Positions 27,001 to 36,869 of a DNA stretch of 53,083 bases are shown here, one piece after another; positions within the stretch are counted from its first letter, which is position 1; the number at the start of each line of letters is the position of its first letter. The position numbers were made by a program, and so were the translations under genes. The DNA is from Raillietiella orientalis (taxonomy: Eukaryota): positions 4,402,001-4,455,083 of the forward strand of contig JAYWIR010000014.1 of assembly GCA_036172245.1 (NCBI GenBank), given 5' to 3'. Below the pieces are notes generated by a model that made no database searches, was not told the origin of the DNA, and saw only the letters and a list, made by a program, of their open reading frames with translations.

Positions 27001-30000
27001 GCACTACCTCCAGGCTCGCGACGAAGGCATGTGGGGGGCGCGTCGTGAGACCGCCAGCGCAGGAAGCGCTCCAAAGTGCCGCCGCCATAATCCAGCGAAG
27101 CCGAGTCGGCGGGTTTCGCCTTCTTCGCCGCTGCTCCAGCACACGCAGCGCGCTTCCCCCCCCCCCCCATCCCTTCCCCCCACTTCCCGGAATGCCCGTC
27201 TCGGGTTGGGAACGGAGTCCCGTCCTTTTTGTTTTTGCTCGCTCGCGCTTCGCCCGCTTGATTTTTTCTCCCCGGTCGTTTTGGGACCTCCTTTTCCGCT
27301 CCAGAAGATTTCGGCGGCGCTTGCCCAGGTGGGGAGCAACCACGGCAATCCCGTGTGGCGCAGTGAGGCGGGACACAGCGCTCCCCCCCCCCCCTCTTCA
27401 AACAGACGACCACTCGCGAAGGGCAGCAGCCGAGCTGCAGGCATCCTCCGGGTTCGCGTGATTCGGGACCGTTTCGTGGGCGCTCCGCTCGACTTCCTAC
27501 TCTCAGTGGGGACAGTGGCCGCGCAAGCCACTCCGCCCGGTCTTGACCGCACCGCGAACTCACCGGAGTGCCGAGCCCTTGGCCGTTTCTGCAGGGAACT
27601 CCCTGCCCTGGACCCATCCCGCCGAACGGCAGGCTCGAAGATGTGCGCGCGCGCCTTCGGCGGGATCCGTGGGACGCCTTTTTGCCCTCCTGGAAGCTCC
27701 AAACCTTCTGGGGCGCGAACCCCGGATCGGGCAGGAAGGCCACAACCCCTCCAGCGCCCCTAGACGGATAAGCTGCTCCCTGCTGCGGCCCTGCGGCCCC
27801 TCGACCCGTCTTCCACTCCGTTTTCTCCACCGTGCTGCCTGCCGCGCGCGGCCGCCAAGCGGCATGCGGTGCTTCGGGAGAGGAAGTGCGCGCGCACTGC
27901 AGGTCGGATGGCAGGCTCAGAGGAAGGGACGCTGGCTCCCAGGTAAGCGACCGGGAGGTAGCGATCCCCTTGCAGCCGCGCACCCGTCGGCCAACCCCCC
28001 TGGGGACTGCTGCTCTCCACGCAGCTGGAAGCTGCGTCCGAGCGCTTCCCCATCCAAAGCTCTCCCCCTGGAGCCTTCTACCCAGCCCCTCATACAATCG
28101 TAGGTAGCGGCACCTGCTCGACCTTTCCATCCTGGATGACCAGGCTACTCCTTTGAAATAAAAGACCGGCATGTGCTGGTCCGAAGCCAAAGGGAACCGA
28201 GACTCAATAGGGACAGAGGGAGGGAGGGACAACAAAAAGCGGGCTAATGAACGGGGATGGGATAGCACGACTTCGCAGAGATTCCCGAGATCCTATATCG
28301 AGCGGGGAAGAGAGGTGGGGAACGGGATGCTGGTCGGTCCATGTCTTTCCCGCCTCAGTTCGGGCCGCACCTCGCACGAGGGCGACGATGACCACGAAGG
28401 GCTGGCAGGGCGGCTATCCCCCACCTCCTTCCTTCCCTTCCGTCCATCCCGGAGGTCACGGCCAGCGAGGAGGCAACTAATGAGGAGGAGGGGAGACGAA
28501 GAGACGGGCGTTCTTCCACTGGAGAGACAGACCCTCTTGAAGGGTGAAGGGGACATCGTCGGGGGCTCAGTCTCCGTCGCGCCCCTAAGGAACGCGCCCT
28601 GTTCCTCGGCGGGCGCCTTCCCAGGAAAGCTGCCAACATGGCGACGTGCTGAAAGGGAGGAAGCGGGGGGAAGGGAAGGAGCGTTCGAAGTACCCCGGCA
28701 TCTGGCACTCTCCTGGGGGAATCGCGCTGGGACCTCGGCCCCGAGCGAGACCCTTGGGCGTGGAGTTGTGCTGCCGCTTTCGCGACGTCGGTCTTGGTCA
28801 GTCCTTCACACAGTGGAGTGGCGAGCGACCTCCCGCGCTGCAGGGAGACCCCTCCCTTTCTCGCACCCGAGGTTCCCGGCAACGAACGCGAGGGCCCTGC
28901 CTCCCGACTTTCTGCTGCCCCGTCGCCCGCGGCGTCCCTCTGCGGGCGACAGAGAGCGAAGCGCGCCTGTCCCTCCGCGGGACTCTAGAGGCGGACGCCG
29001 ACCGCGTTCACCTGGCGGAGGGTCCCCTACCATGGAAAAGAGTAACCGCAGGGGGGCTTCCGGGGCCCTGTCAGTCCGAGTCGATGTCGACCACTGTCGA
29101 CGCCCTGCGCTTGTCGACAGTGGCCGTCTTTTCCCGTTCGCTCCGCCTTCCCTGCCCTTCGAGGGGCGTCCGCAGCTACGCGCCGATGATTCATTTATCA
29201 GAGAAGGCGATCCCGAGTTTGTGCGGAGGGCAGTTGCCATGCCAACAGGGAGAGCGCGCCAAGGCGCTGTCGCTTCCCGGGCCTCGGGAAGCGCCGGGAG
29301 AAAGAATGCTCCACCCTGTCCGCGCGTAGTCGCAGGGGACGGAGAGGGAGAAGGGGACAGCACCGGCCCTCCTGCGGGCTCCTTCCGAACGGCGGCCGTC
29401 GCCCTTTTCCCGAAAAAGAGAGTCGCGGGCCCGAGGTTCGGGGATGTCGCCACCGGAGGGCCTATCGCTGCGCACACGCGAGACCTCGCGGTCGGCAAGC
29501 GCGAGGCTTCGGACAAGCTGCCCCCCTCGGCTCCCGTTTTTCTCACTTCTACCTTATTGCAGAGGCGAAGAGAGGGCGAGCGGAGGAGGAAGTGCCCGGG
29601 GGGAAGGGGAGAAGGACGGACGCTTCTAAGGGGAGGTGGACAGGGAATCTCCCCTTCCCTGAGAGAAAGCGGTCCTCCCTCTCGATCCCGTATCCGCGTG
29701 CCCCGTCCTTCCCCGAGGGGTGCGCCTCCGCTTCTCTGCTGCCACCCTCAAGTGGGGAGGTCTCGTGAGGACGGATCGGATCCGTGCGCGGGACGGGGAT
29801 TGGGGGTGACCAGCTTGTCCCTGTGGCCCGGCAGCCAGCACCTCGACGCTATGGAAGCTTTCGCGCACACGCGCAAACTCCCCTCCCCCCTCATTTCCAT
29901 GAGTTGCACCGGCGGCGGCGCATCCTCCGAAAGATCGTCCGCCCCCACGGCCCGGACACGGCGGCCCTCCGGAATTCTGCCCTCCTTATGACACGCTGCT

Positions 30001-30689
30001 GCCGCCCTCGCTCTCTCTGCGACCTCCCCTTCCCTTTTCTCCCCTCGCGAAGAAGCGACAAAGGGCCGGAAAACTCGCCCTCCTGCTGCTGCACCGCAGC
30101 GTGGGGGAGGAGGACGGGGGAGGGGGGTGACGACAACGACGTGTTGCCGTCTTTCCCGCGCCCCCTCCTCGCCCCTCTCGTTTCTTTCCCTCCCCTTCTC
30201 TCGGGCTCTCGGGCGGTGCGCACGGCGTAGATGCTCCCCGCGATCGCGCGCGCCATCTGTGACCACCGCGGGCGGACGGACACACCAGCGGCATCCAGGC
30301 GACCGTCGAGAACCGGTAGGTGCCCCACAGCACCCAGGTTCCCGGTGCACGCCTTTGCGGGTGCGATCTCCGGAGGTTCGATTGCCCATTCTCGGGCATC
30401 TCTGCCGCTCCTCGAAGACCCTCCTTCCCGCGAGACGCCCTCTCTCCGGAGGGGGTGGAATGGAGGGAGGCTGCCGAGGGGAGCACAGCAGCCCCTTGCT
30501 CTCCTGAGTGGCGCGCTTTGAGGAGGAGAGAGAGAGGGGAGAGAGGGATGAACGCGCTCTCGTTTCCTCTGGAAACAGGGCGGTGGTGCCTTCCGGAGAC
30601 GTCGCAGTGCCTTTGGCGGGCCTCTCCCCCCCCCTTCTCTCGCTTGGAGGGGGGCGTCCGTCGCCGCTTTTTCTCGGCTCCCCGAACCC

Positions 30690-30915
30690 CGTGAGCGCGC
30701 GCCTGCCTGGCGACGCGCGGACAACAAATCCGTCGCAACGCCGCCCGACGCGCTAGTGCCGGCCCGGCCGTCCGCGGGTGAGGACGTGTAGCGTGCGTCT
30801 CGCGCGCGCGCTTGCGGGAAGTGCCGGAGGAGGAGGAGCCGTCCTCGCTGTTTGTCGCTGCCTCCGCCGCCGCCGCTGGTGCCGGAGAGCGAGCGAGCGA
30901 GCACGCACGGAAGTC
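30690..30915 (+). promoter_or_regulatory. Probable CpG-rich promoter region of the SERTA gene
   Basis: Very dense CG/GCGCGC runs about 300-500 bp upstream of the ATG, with GCGGGAAGTG (overlapping E2F-like and ETS-like cores) and CGGAAGT. The TSS cannot be fixed from sequence. Confidence 0.4.
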
Positions 30916-31199
30916 TTCATTCTCATCGCCAACCCCCTCGCAGTCGCTGCTGACCCCAACCTTCCCCCCCGTCCCCGCTTTCACCCTCACTTCCCCGTCG
31001 CCTAGGAAGGCCAGTAGCAGCGGTTCTGTCCCCCCCCCATCCACGAACCTGGTCCTCCGCCGTCGTCGGTGCACGCGCGGATCATGCGCACGCCGCCGGG
31101 CCCCGCGCGCGCTTGGTGACACCGCCGGCGGGGAAGCGACGTCGAGGCCCCCACCCCCCGCGGCGGCTGCGGCGGCGACCTCTCCACACGGCCGTGACC

Positions 31200-31332
31200 A
31201 TGCTGGAGGCAGGTGGCGAGGACTCCGCTCCCAGGTCTCCCAGCCCCCTACTGCTGGGGGACCCAGTCCCCCGAGGGGCGGCTTCCGAGGACCGCGGCGC
31301 CCCCATCGAGGCCCCCCTTGACCAGGCCGCAC
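31200..31332 (+). CDS. SERTA-domain protein, coding exon 1 (MLEAGGEDSAPRSPSP...LDQAA + 1 nt)
   Basis: ATG in gaccATG context (A at -3). 44 open codons plus 1 nt end at a strong donor AC|GTAAGT (GT at 31333). Phase 1 matches the acceptor at 35131 exactly, giving ...DQAA-R-DSGVDT... Confidence 0.72.
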
Positions 31333-31930
31333 GTAAGTTGAATGCCTCCTCCGACGCTCCCGCTCCCGGGGACTGTCCTTTCCGGGCTTTAGACCCTACT
31401 CCTTTCCTTTTGGGGGGTCCTCCCCTTCCAGTCGGTCAGCCGCACGCGCGCGCGTACCGGGAGGGAACGGAGGGACCACTAAAGCCCGAGGGTGAGTCTT
31501 CGGCTTAGGGTGCGCACATCTGCAAGAGACCTTGCGTGACCTCCGCCAGCACCGCGCTCCGGTGAACGGGCGAGGGTGGTGCCAGCGGAGACGCTTCGAT
31601 TCTGCCCTTTCGCGTTCTCTCACGCCTGCGCCCAGCCCTTCCGCATCGGCGGCGGTTGCGAAGGCCACGCACCCCAGCAGGGCGTCCCTACGGGAGGAGA
31701 GGAATGGAGACCACCCGGTCCCATCGGAGCTGCTGCCCTCTGCGGCCGGTTCGCTGGCGGGCCCGGAGCGGCACCCCACTCTGGAAAGCAATTTTTTGCG
31801 CTTTTGCTTTCCTATCGCCAGAAGTGGTGCGTTGGCGCGCGGCGTCCACCTCCACCCCTTACGATACTGCTGGTGGCTCTCGTCCGGACGCGCCATCGTT
31901 CCCCCCCCCCCGTGAGGGCGAGGGTCCATG

Positions 31931-32049
31931 GCCGCTTCCCGTTCGTTTCCCGGGTCACCCTGAAGAGGCTGCAGCAGCGCCTCTGGCGGCTTCCGAAAGA
32001 CGGCGGCGCACCCGGCCTGCGACGGCCCGGCCGCAGCCCCTTCCTGCAC
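31931..32049 (+). repeat. Diverged direct repeat, copy 1 (SERTA intron)
   Basis: Aligns with 33536-33654. Core TTTCCCGGGTCACCC(T/A)GAAGAGGCTGCAGCAGCGCC is 35/36 identical. Confidence 0.9.
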
Positions 32050-33535
32050 AGGGAAATCCTGACCCATCCCCCGGTGGGCGAGGTGATTCCGAGGGCTGGC
32101 AGCCTCCCGCCCGGGTTTCCTCCGTAGTGTGCCAGAGACTCGGAGGCTCCGAAACCTCTCTGCGGAAGGGCCCTCCTTTGCCCTGCGGCTCCGGCCGGCG
32201 AAGGGGGGTCGCGAAGCAAGCGGAGTTGCGAGCGCTGGACGGTGGGCCCCTTGCAGCAGTTGCCCTCTTTCCTCCCGTCTCACCAGCAGCGTCTCGGTCC
32301 TCCAGCCTTGGGTCTCTGGCGGCAGGGGGGGTGGTCGCCTCCGTCACGCACCTCTCTCGCCCTGTTCTTGTGCGACCCTTTTCACCGCGGGTCCTCTCCT
32401 GCGGAAGGGGGTGAGGACTGGCCCCCCGCTCAGCTCACGTGATGCCTGCCCTTCGGCACCGGGGCTGTGCGTGGTCTCCTGTACGAGCGTGAGTACTGTA
32501 GCCGGGAGGGGGAGGGACGTGGTCCCGGAAGGCCGTCACGTGTCCTGCTGGAGCGCGGCTTCGCTCTTGCGGCCCCCTGGGTGCCGGTCGTCTCCCCCCC
32601 CCCATCCCGGACTCGCGCTGCCCTGTTGATTCCGGCGGCTCCCGATGCGCGGCACTGCGGCCCCGAGAAGAGATCCACCGACGTTTTCTCCGCGTTTGTC
32701 TCCCTCCCCCGTGGTGCGGAACGGAGTGGGCCCGTCTCGCAGAAGGGGAGGGAGAACCCGACCGAAGAAAACGGGCAACGCCGGGGTTCATCCGCGTGGA
32801 CCCCTCTGCCCTCGCTATCGACGCTCTTGGGAAGTGCCAGTGGTGATCCGGGGGTAGGACGCCGAGGCTTCGTTGCATCCCCTTTTTCCTTTCTAATCTC
32901 TTCCTCCCCCTCTCCTTCCGGCGTGCCGAGGTAGCTTAATTTTCGCTCGCAGTCCGCTGAGCCGCTTCAAGGTCGCGGTGCGCCCGGATCCCGGAAGGAT
33001 CTGTACAGCACCGAAGGGGGATGGAGTAGGTCTCCGTAGCTCTTCCTGAGCGCTCACATCCGGCCCGTGTCGCGGGGCAAGGGGGGTCTACTCTTCCTCC
33101 TCCGGACGCAGCCACCCGAGCGCTTCTGCGCGAGGAGTTCGCGAAGTTTCCCTCGCGGAGAAGGAATCATGCGCCTGCCGATGCACGCTCGTCCGTAATC
33201 GCTGGGGCGGCGGAAACTCCCCACGCACGCCGACTGTCGCCTCGCGGGACCTCCTCTCCCCCCTCCCCTGCCTCACTAGAAAAAAACAAAAAGGGAGGGA
33301 GGGAGAACACGCCTCGACCTCCAGAAGGGGACCTTCGCCGGCGCCACCGCGGACCAGCATCCACCCCCTGTGACCTGCATCGCCCTCGCGCGGAGCAGAC
33401 CTGCCTCATCCGCATAGGAGGATGCGAAGGAGGGGAGGGGGAGAGTCTCTTGGTGTGCGCCCTCGTAGGGTCGGCGATGGAAGACCGCACCTCCCGGGAA
33501 CCGCGCCCTGAGGCCCGCCGAGCGCATCTACGGCT

Positions 33536-33654
33536 GCCGCTTCCCATTTCCCGGGTCACCCAGAAGAGGCTGCAGCAGCGCCCCTGGCTGCGTCCGAAAG
33601 GCGGCGGCGGCGGACCCGGCGTTGCACGGGCTCGCTTGCAGCCCCTCTCTGCAC
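33536..33654 (+). repeat. Diverged direct repeat, copy 2 (SERTA intron)
   Basis: Aligns with 31931-32049. Confidence 0.9.
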
Positions 33655-35131
33655 GCTGGGGGCGTCACCATCGAAGGGCCGGGCAGGAGCGGTGCGCTGC
33701 GATCTGGAAAACAAAAAAATTGGGGCGGGGGAGATCTACGTAGGGCGCCGGACTCCTCTGGCTCCTCGCCGCACTGACCACCTCCCTCCCCCCTATAAGG
33801 CGATTGCCGCCCGCGGAGCTCCGGGAGATGGTTGCTCTCTGTCCCCTCTTCCCGTTTTCCCGGAGGTTCCGCTTGGTACAGTGCGCCCCTCTGGCCGGAG
33901 CGAGACGGGGCGCGCACGTGTAGGTCAGCGTTTTCCGGGAGACGTGCCCCGCTGACCTCAGTCCATGAGGCCCCTTGCTCCCCGCTGTAGACGCGTGTCT
34001 CTGGCAGCCATGTGCCGACCAGCCTTTGCTGGGCCGCTCGGCGACGTCGGGCGGTCGGAGGCACAGTGCGCGTCTCCGCCGCTCCTCCTCCCGGAAGCTA
34101 CGTCCGGCGATGCGGGCAATCCGCGAGCCTCCGACGCGTGTCCGGGCGCCTCACGTGCGCGAGGTCATCGGGCGGCAGCGGCCACGCACTTGTCAGTGGT
34201 AGGACATCGCGAGGCCGTAGGGCCCACGGGGGCGGCAAGGCCCTGCCAGTTCGAAGGGGGGCTCAAGCTCCGCCCTCAGGCCAGTGGTATCATGCAGTCT
34301 CAAGGAGGGTCTCTGTCGTCCTCGGAGTATGCAGGGAGATGTCAAGTGCCGGGACCACGCGGCACCTGACCCCGGGACCGACCGATCGCGAAGGCGAGTC
34401 CCAGGAGGGGCTGCACCTTCTCTGAGGACTTCTCAGAGGATTCCGAGGCCGGCCCACTCTCCCCTCTTGCCGCGATGGGGAGTCGGATGATCTCCCCACT
34501 GGCGAGAGCGTCGAGGCAAGATGGAGAGGGTGCCCCTGCGCGCGCAGCCGGACGTGCTCACCACCACTCGTCCCGCGCTTTCAGAGGGCATCGTTTGGGC
34601 GCGCGTCTCGGGAGAAGGGCGACGTCCTCCGCCGAGGGGCTCTGGGCTTCTCCCGACCCGTGTTGCGGCGCGTGCGCGACGACTCCCCAGGGTCGGCAGG
34701 TCGGAGAGGGGAGAACGAAGAAGCGAGAGGGGGGAGGGGGAACCGAAAGGATGGACCCGCCGCCGTACGTCTGGGAGCTTCCTCCCTGCCCACCTCATTC
34801 GTAGGTCCCAGGGGTGCGCGTTTTGCGGAACCTTCCGTCGCCCGGACAACCGTGGCTCCTCCCTTCGCGGCTGGTCTTTCTTTTCCGTTCCCGGTACGAC
34901 GGGCTCTTCCGCGCAGTCCGAGGGGGCAGCAGGCCCTGCGAAGGCGGCGCCTCCCTCCGGGACCGGATCTCCCCCTTCCAGTCCCCATGCCCTTACACCG
35001 ACGCTGAGTCCCAGAGGCTGTTTCCAGCCTTCGTGGGAGGGGTGGCGAAGCGATCCGTGAGGACGCCCGACCAAGAAGGGGGGAGGGGACATGGTGACCT
35101 GATGGGCACGCTCTTCCTCTCTGTGTTGCAG

Positions 35132-35829
35132 GCGACAGCGGGGTGGACACCGACGGGCGCAGCCCCCCGGCCCGCCCGTCCATGCTGTGGAACACCAACT
35201 ACCGCCGGAAGGAGGAGCGCAAGAAGGTGCTGTTGGTGTCGCAGAGGAAGCTGCGCCTCATTGACGACCCCGAGGTGGTGCTCCGCCGCGTCGTGCTCGT
35301 CAACAACCTGGTCCGGAAGTTGCAGCGCGAGTTCCGGGAAGAGAAGTTCGCGCAGAGGAAGAGGAACTACTGGAAGAAGCTGATGAACCGCCGCAGCTTC
35401 CGCCTGCTCGACGACTACGGCGGCGGCGGCGGCTGCAGGGGCCCCAGGAGGGCGGCCGCAGCGTCGGCGTCCCGAGGGCAGGAGGAGGAGCAGGAGGGCA
35501 CGGAGGGTAGCCTCTCGGTGGCGTCAGCCCCGGACGAGGACGGCCCCCCCTGCGCGGAGGGTGCCGGGACGCCAGAGGATGTGGAGCTGCGGCGGGACCC
35601 CCCGGCGAAGAGGAGGAGGAAGCGGCGGGAGGAGGACGAGCCCCCGGAGGTCTCCGAGGCCCCCCTCTCCGAAGAGGACCCTCCGTCGCCCTGCGGCAGG
35701 AAGCCCACCGAGGGAGACGCCCTTTTGGAGCTGCGCCGGCGCAACTCCTGCAGCTGCTGCAACGCCGCCTGCGGCGTGGGACTGCAGTCCGTGGTCCTGC
35801 AGAGTCTCATGGTGTCCCTCGAGTCCTGA
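35132..35829 (+). CDS. SERTA-domain transcriptional co-regulator (SERTAD/TRIP-Br/Taranis family), coding exon 2; spliced protein 276 aa
   Basis: Pyrimidine tract plus CAG acceptor (ctcttcctctctgtgttgcag, ends 35131). RKEERKKVLLVSQRKLRLIDDPEVVLRRVVLVNNLVRKLQRE (35206-35331) matches the SERTA pattern. Third codon positions are almost all G/C. Basic NLS-like PPAKRRRKRR at 35599-35628, C-terminal LQSVVLQSLMVSLES, stop TGA 35827-35829. An in-frame TGA at 35095-35097 shows the frame is not open upstream without splicing (first in-exon ATG at 35182). Confidence 0.9.
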
Positions 35830-35833
35830 GGCC

Positions 35834-35839
35834 AATAAA
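35834..35839 (+). promoter_or_regulatory. Candidate polyadenylation signal AATAAA
   Basis: Exact hexamer 4 nt after the SERTA stop codon, in otherwise GC-rich DNA. No clear U/GU-rich downstream element. Confidence 0.4.
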
Positions 35840-36718
35840 GAAAGAGAGCTCCCGTCCACGCAGCCTCTTCGAACGGGAGGGGGATGTTCCCCCGGGAGGA
35901 GACACTCGCCTGTCCCGCAGTGGTGACACGCCCTTCCCTCCGCGGCCGCGATTCACCATCGACGCCTCCCCGTCATGGCAGGCGGTCGAACTCACGACGG
36001 ACGACCACGACGACCTGTTTTGCTGAGTCGTCTGACTCCAATCCGGGTCCCCCTTTTGAACCGGTCCGAGGAAGGAGGGGGGGGGAGACGCTATCCTGCC
36101 AGCAGCGTACGAGGGGCTCGCGCTGTCGGGGCGCAGAGAGGGCAGGAAGGGGATGCGTGGGAAGGTGCTGTTGGTTTGAGGTTGGTTCTCCCCCGTGAGC
36201 TTCCCGCGGAACGGAGAGAACGGACGGAGGCCGGACCCTTGTGCCCATCCCCGTCGTCCCACGCGAACGGGACCCGTGGCAGGAGACAGCGGTGCAGTCT
36301 GGATGGCGCGCTGCCGCTTGCGCTCGAGCAGAAAGTTGCGAGCGGCTCTGGCGACCCGCCCCACGTGCTGGAGGTCATGCGGGAGGTCATCTCTCCGAGA
36401 GTGCCTCGCGTGGTAATTTCCTGGTCGCGGGGGGCGTTTCCCGAGCAACGGCCATCTGCCCAGAAGTCGGTCGGAGAATGCCGTTTCCTGGAGTAATGCC
36501 GTTTGCTGCTACCTCTGCGTTGCGCTCGTCCCGTCCGCCGTGCAGCAGGGCCACGATGCTGCGACTTCCCTCTCGCAGACGATCAGCCGGAAGGGGTGAG
36601 GGACGCGCTTGGAATTATAGCAGGGGGGTGGGGGGGTGAAGCGAGTGGGGGAGGCAGATCCTGCCGTTTGAAGGTGTTGCGGAGTCCGCAAGTGCAGGAA
36701 GGAACGCGTCCGCCCTAG

Positions 36719-36869
36719 GGAAGCAACAGGCGGAAGAAAAAACAAGCGGTCGAGGGGGGAGGGAGATGGCGGGGATCGTGGAGGCAGTAGCTCGCAGAAG
36801 GGGCGTTTTCTCCTCCCACCATCCCCCTCCCCCCTCGACCGCTTGTTTCTTCTTCTGCCCGTTGCTTCC
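36719..36869. repeat. Inverted repeat / long hairpin (51-bp arms, 49-nt spacer)
   Basis: 36719-36769 versus the reverse complement of 36819-36869: 47/51 identical with no gaps. Confidence 0.95.

Larger units (their letters stand above)
31333..35131 (+). other. GT-AG intron of the SERTA gene (3799 bp)
   Basis: Begins GTAAGT and ends tgttgcAG; phases of the flanking exons are compatible. Confidence 0.7.

Noticed and set aside
28171..29991. 606-aa + strand ORF
   Set aside because: Same GC-driven composition, no recognisable motif, no third-position bias like that of the SERTA exon.
13200..30600. GC-rich block as an endogenous virus or transposon coding region
   Set aside because: No RT, integrase, transposase, capsid or polymerase motifs in any frame, and no LTRs or TIRs seen.
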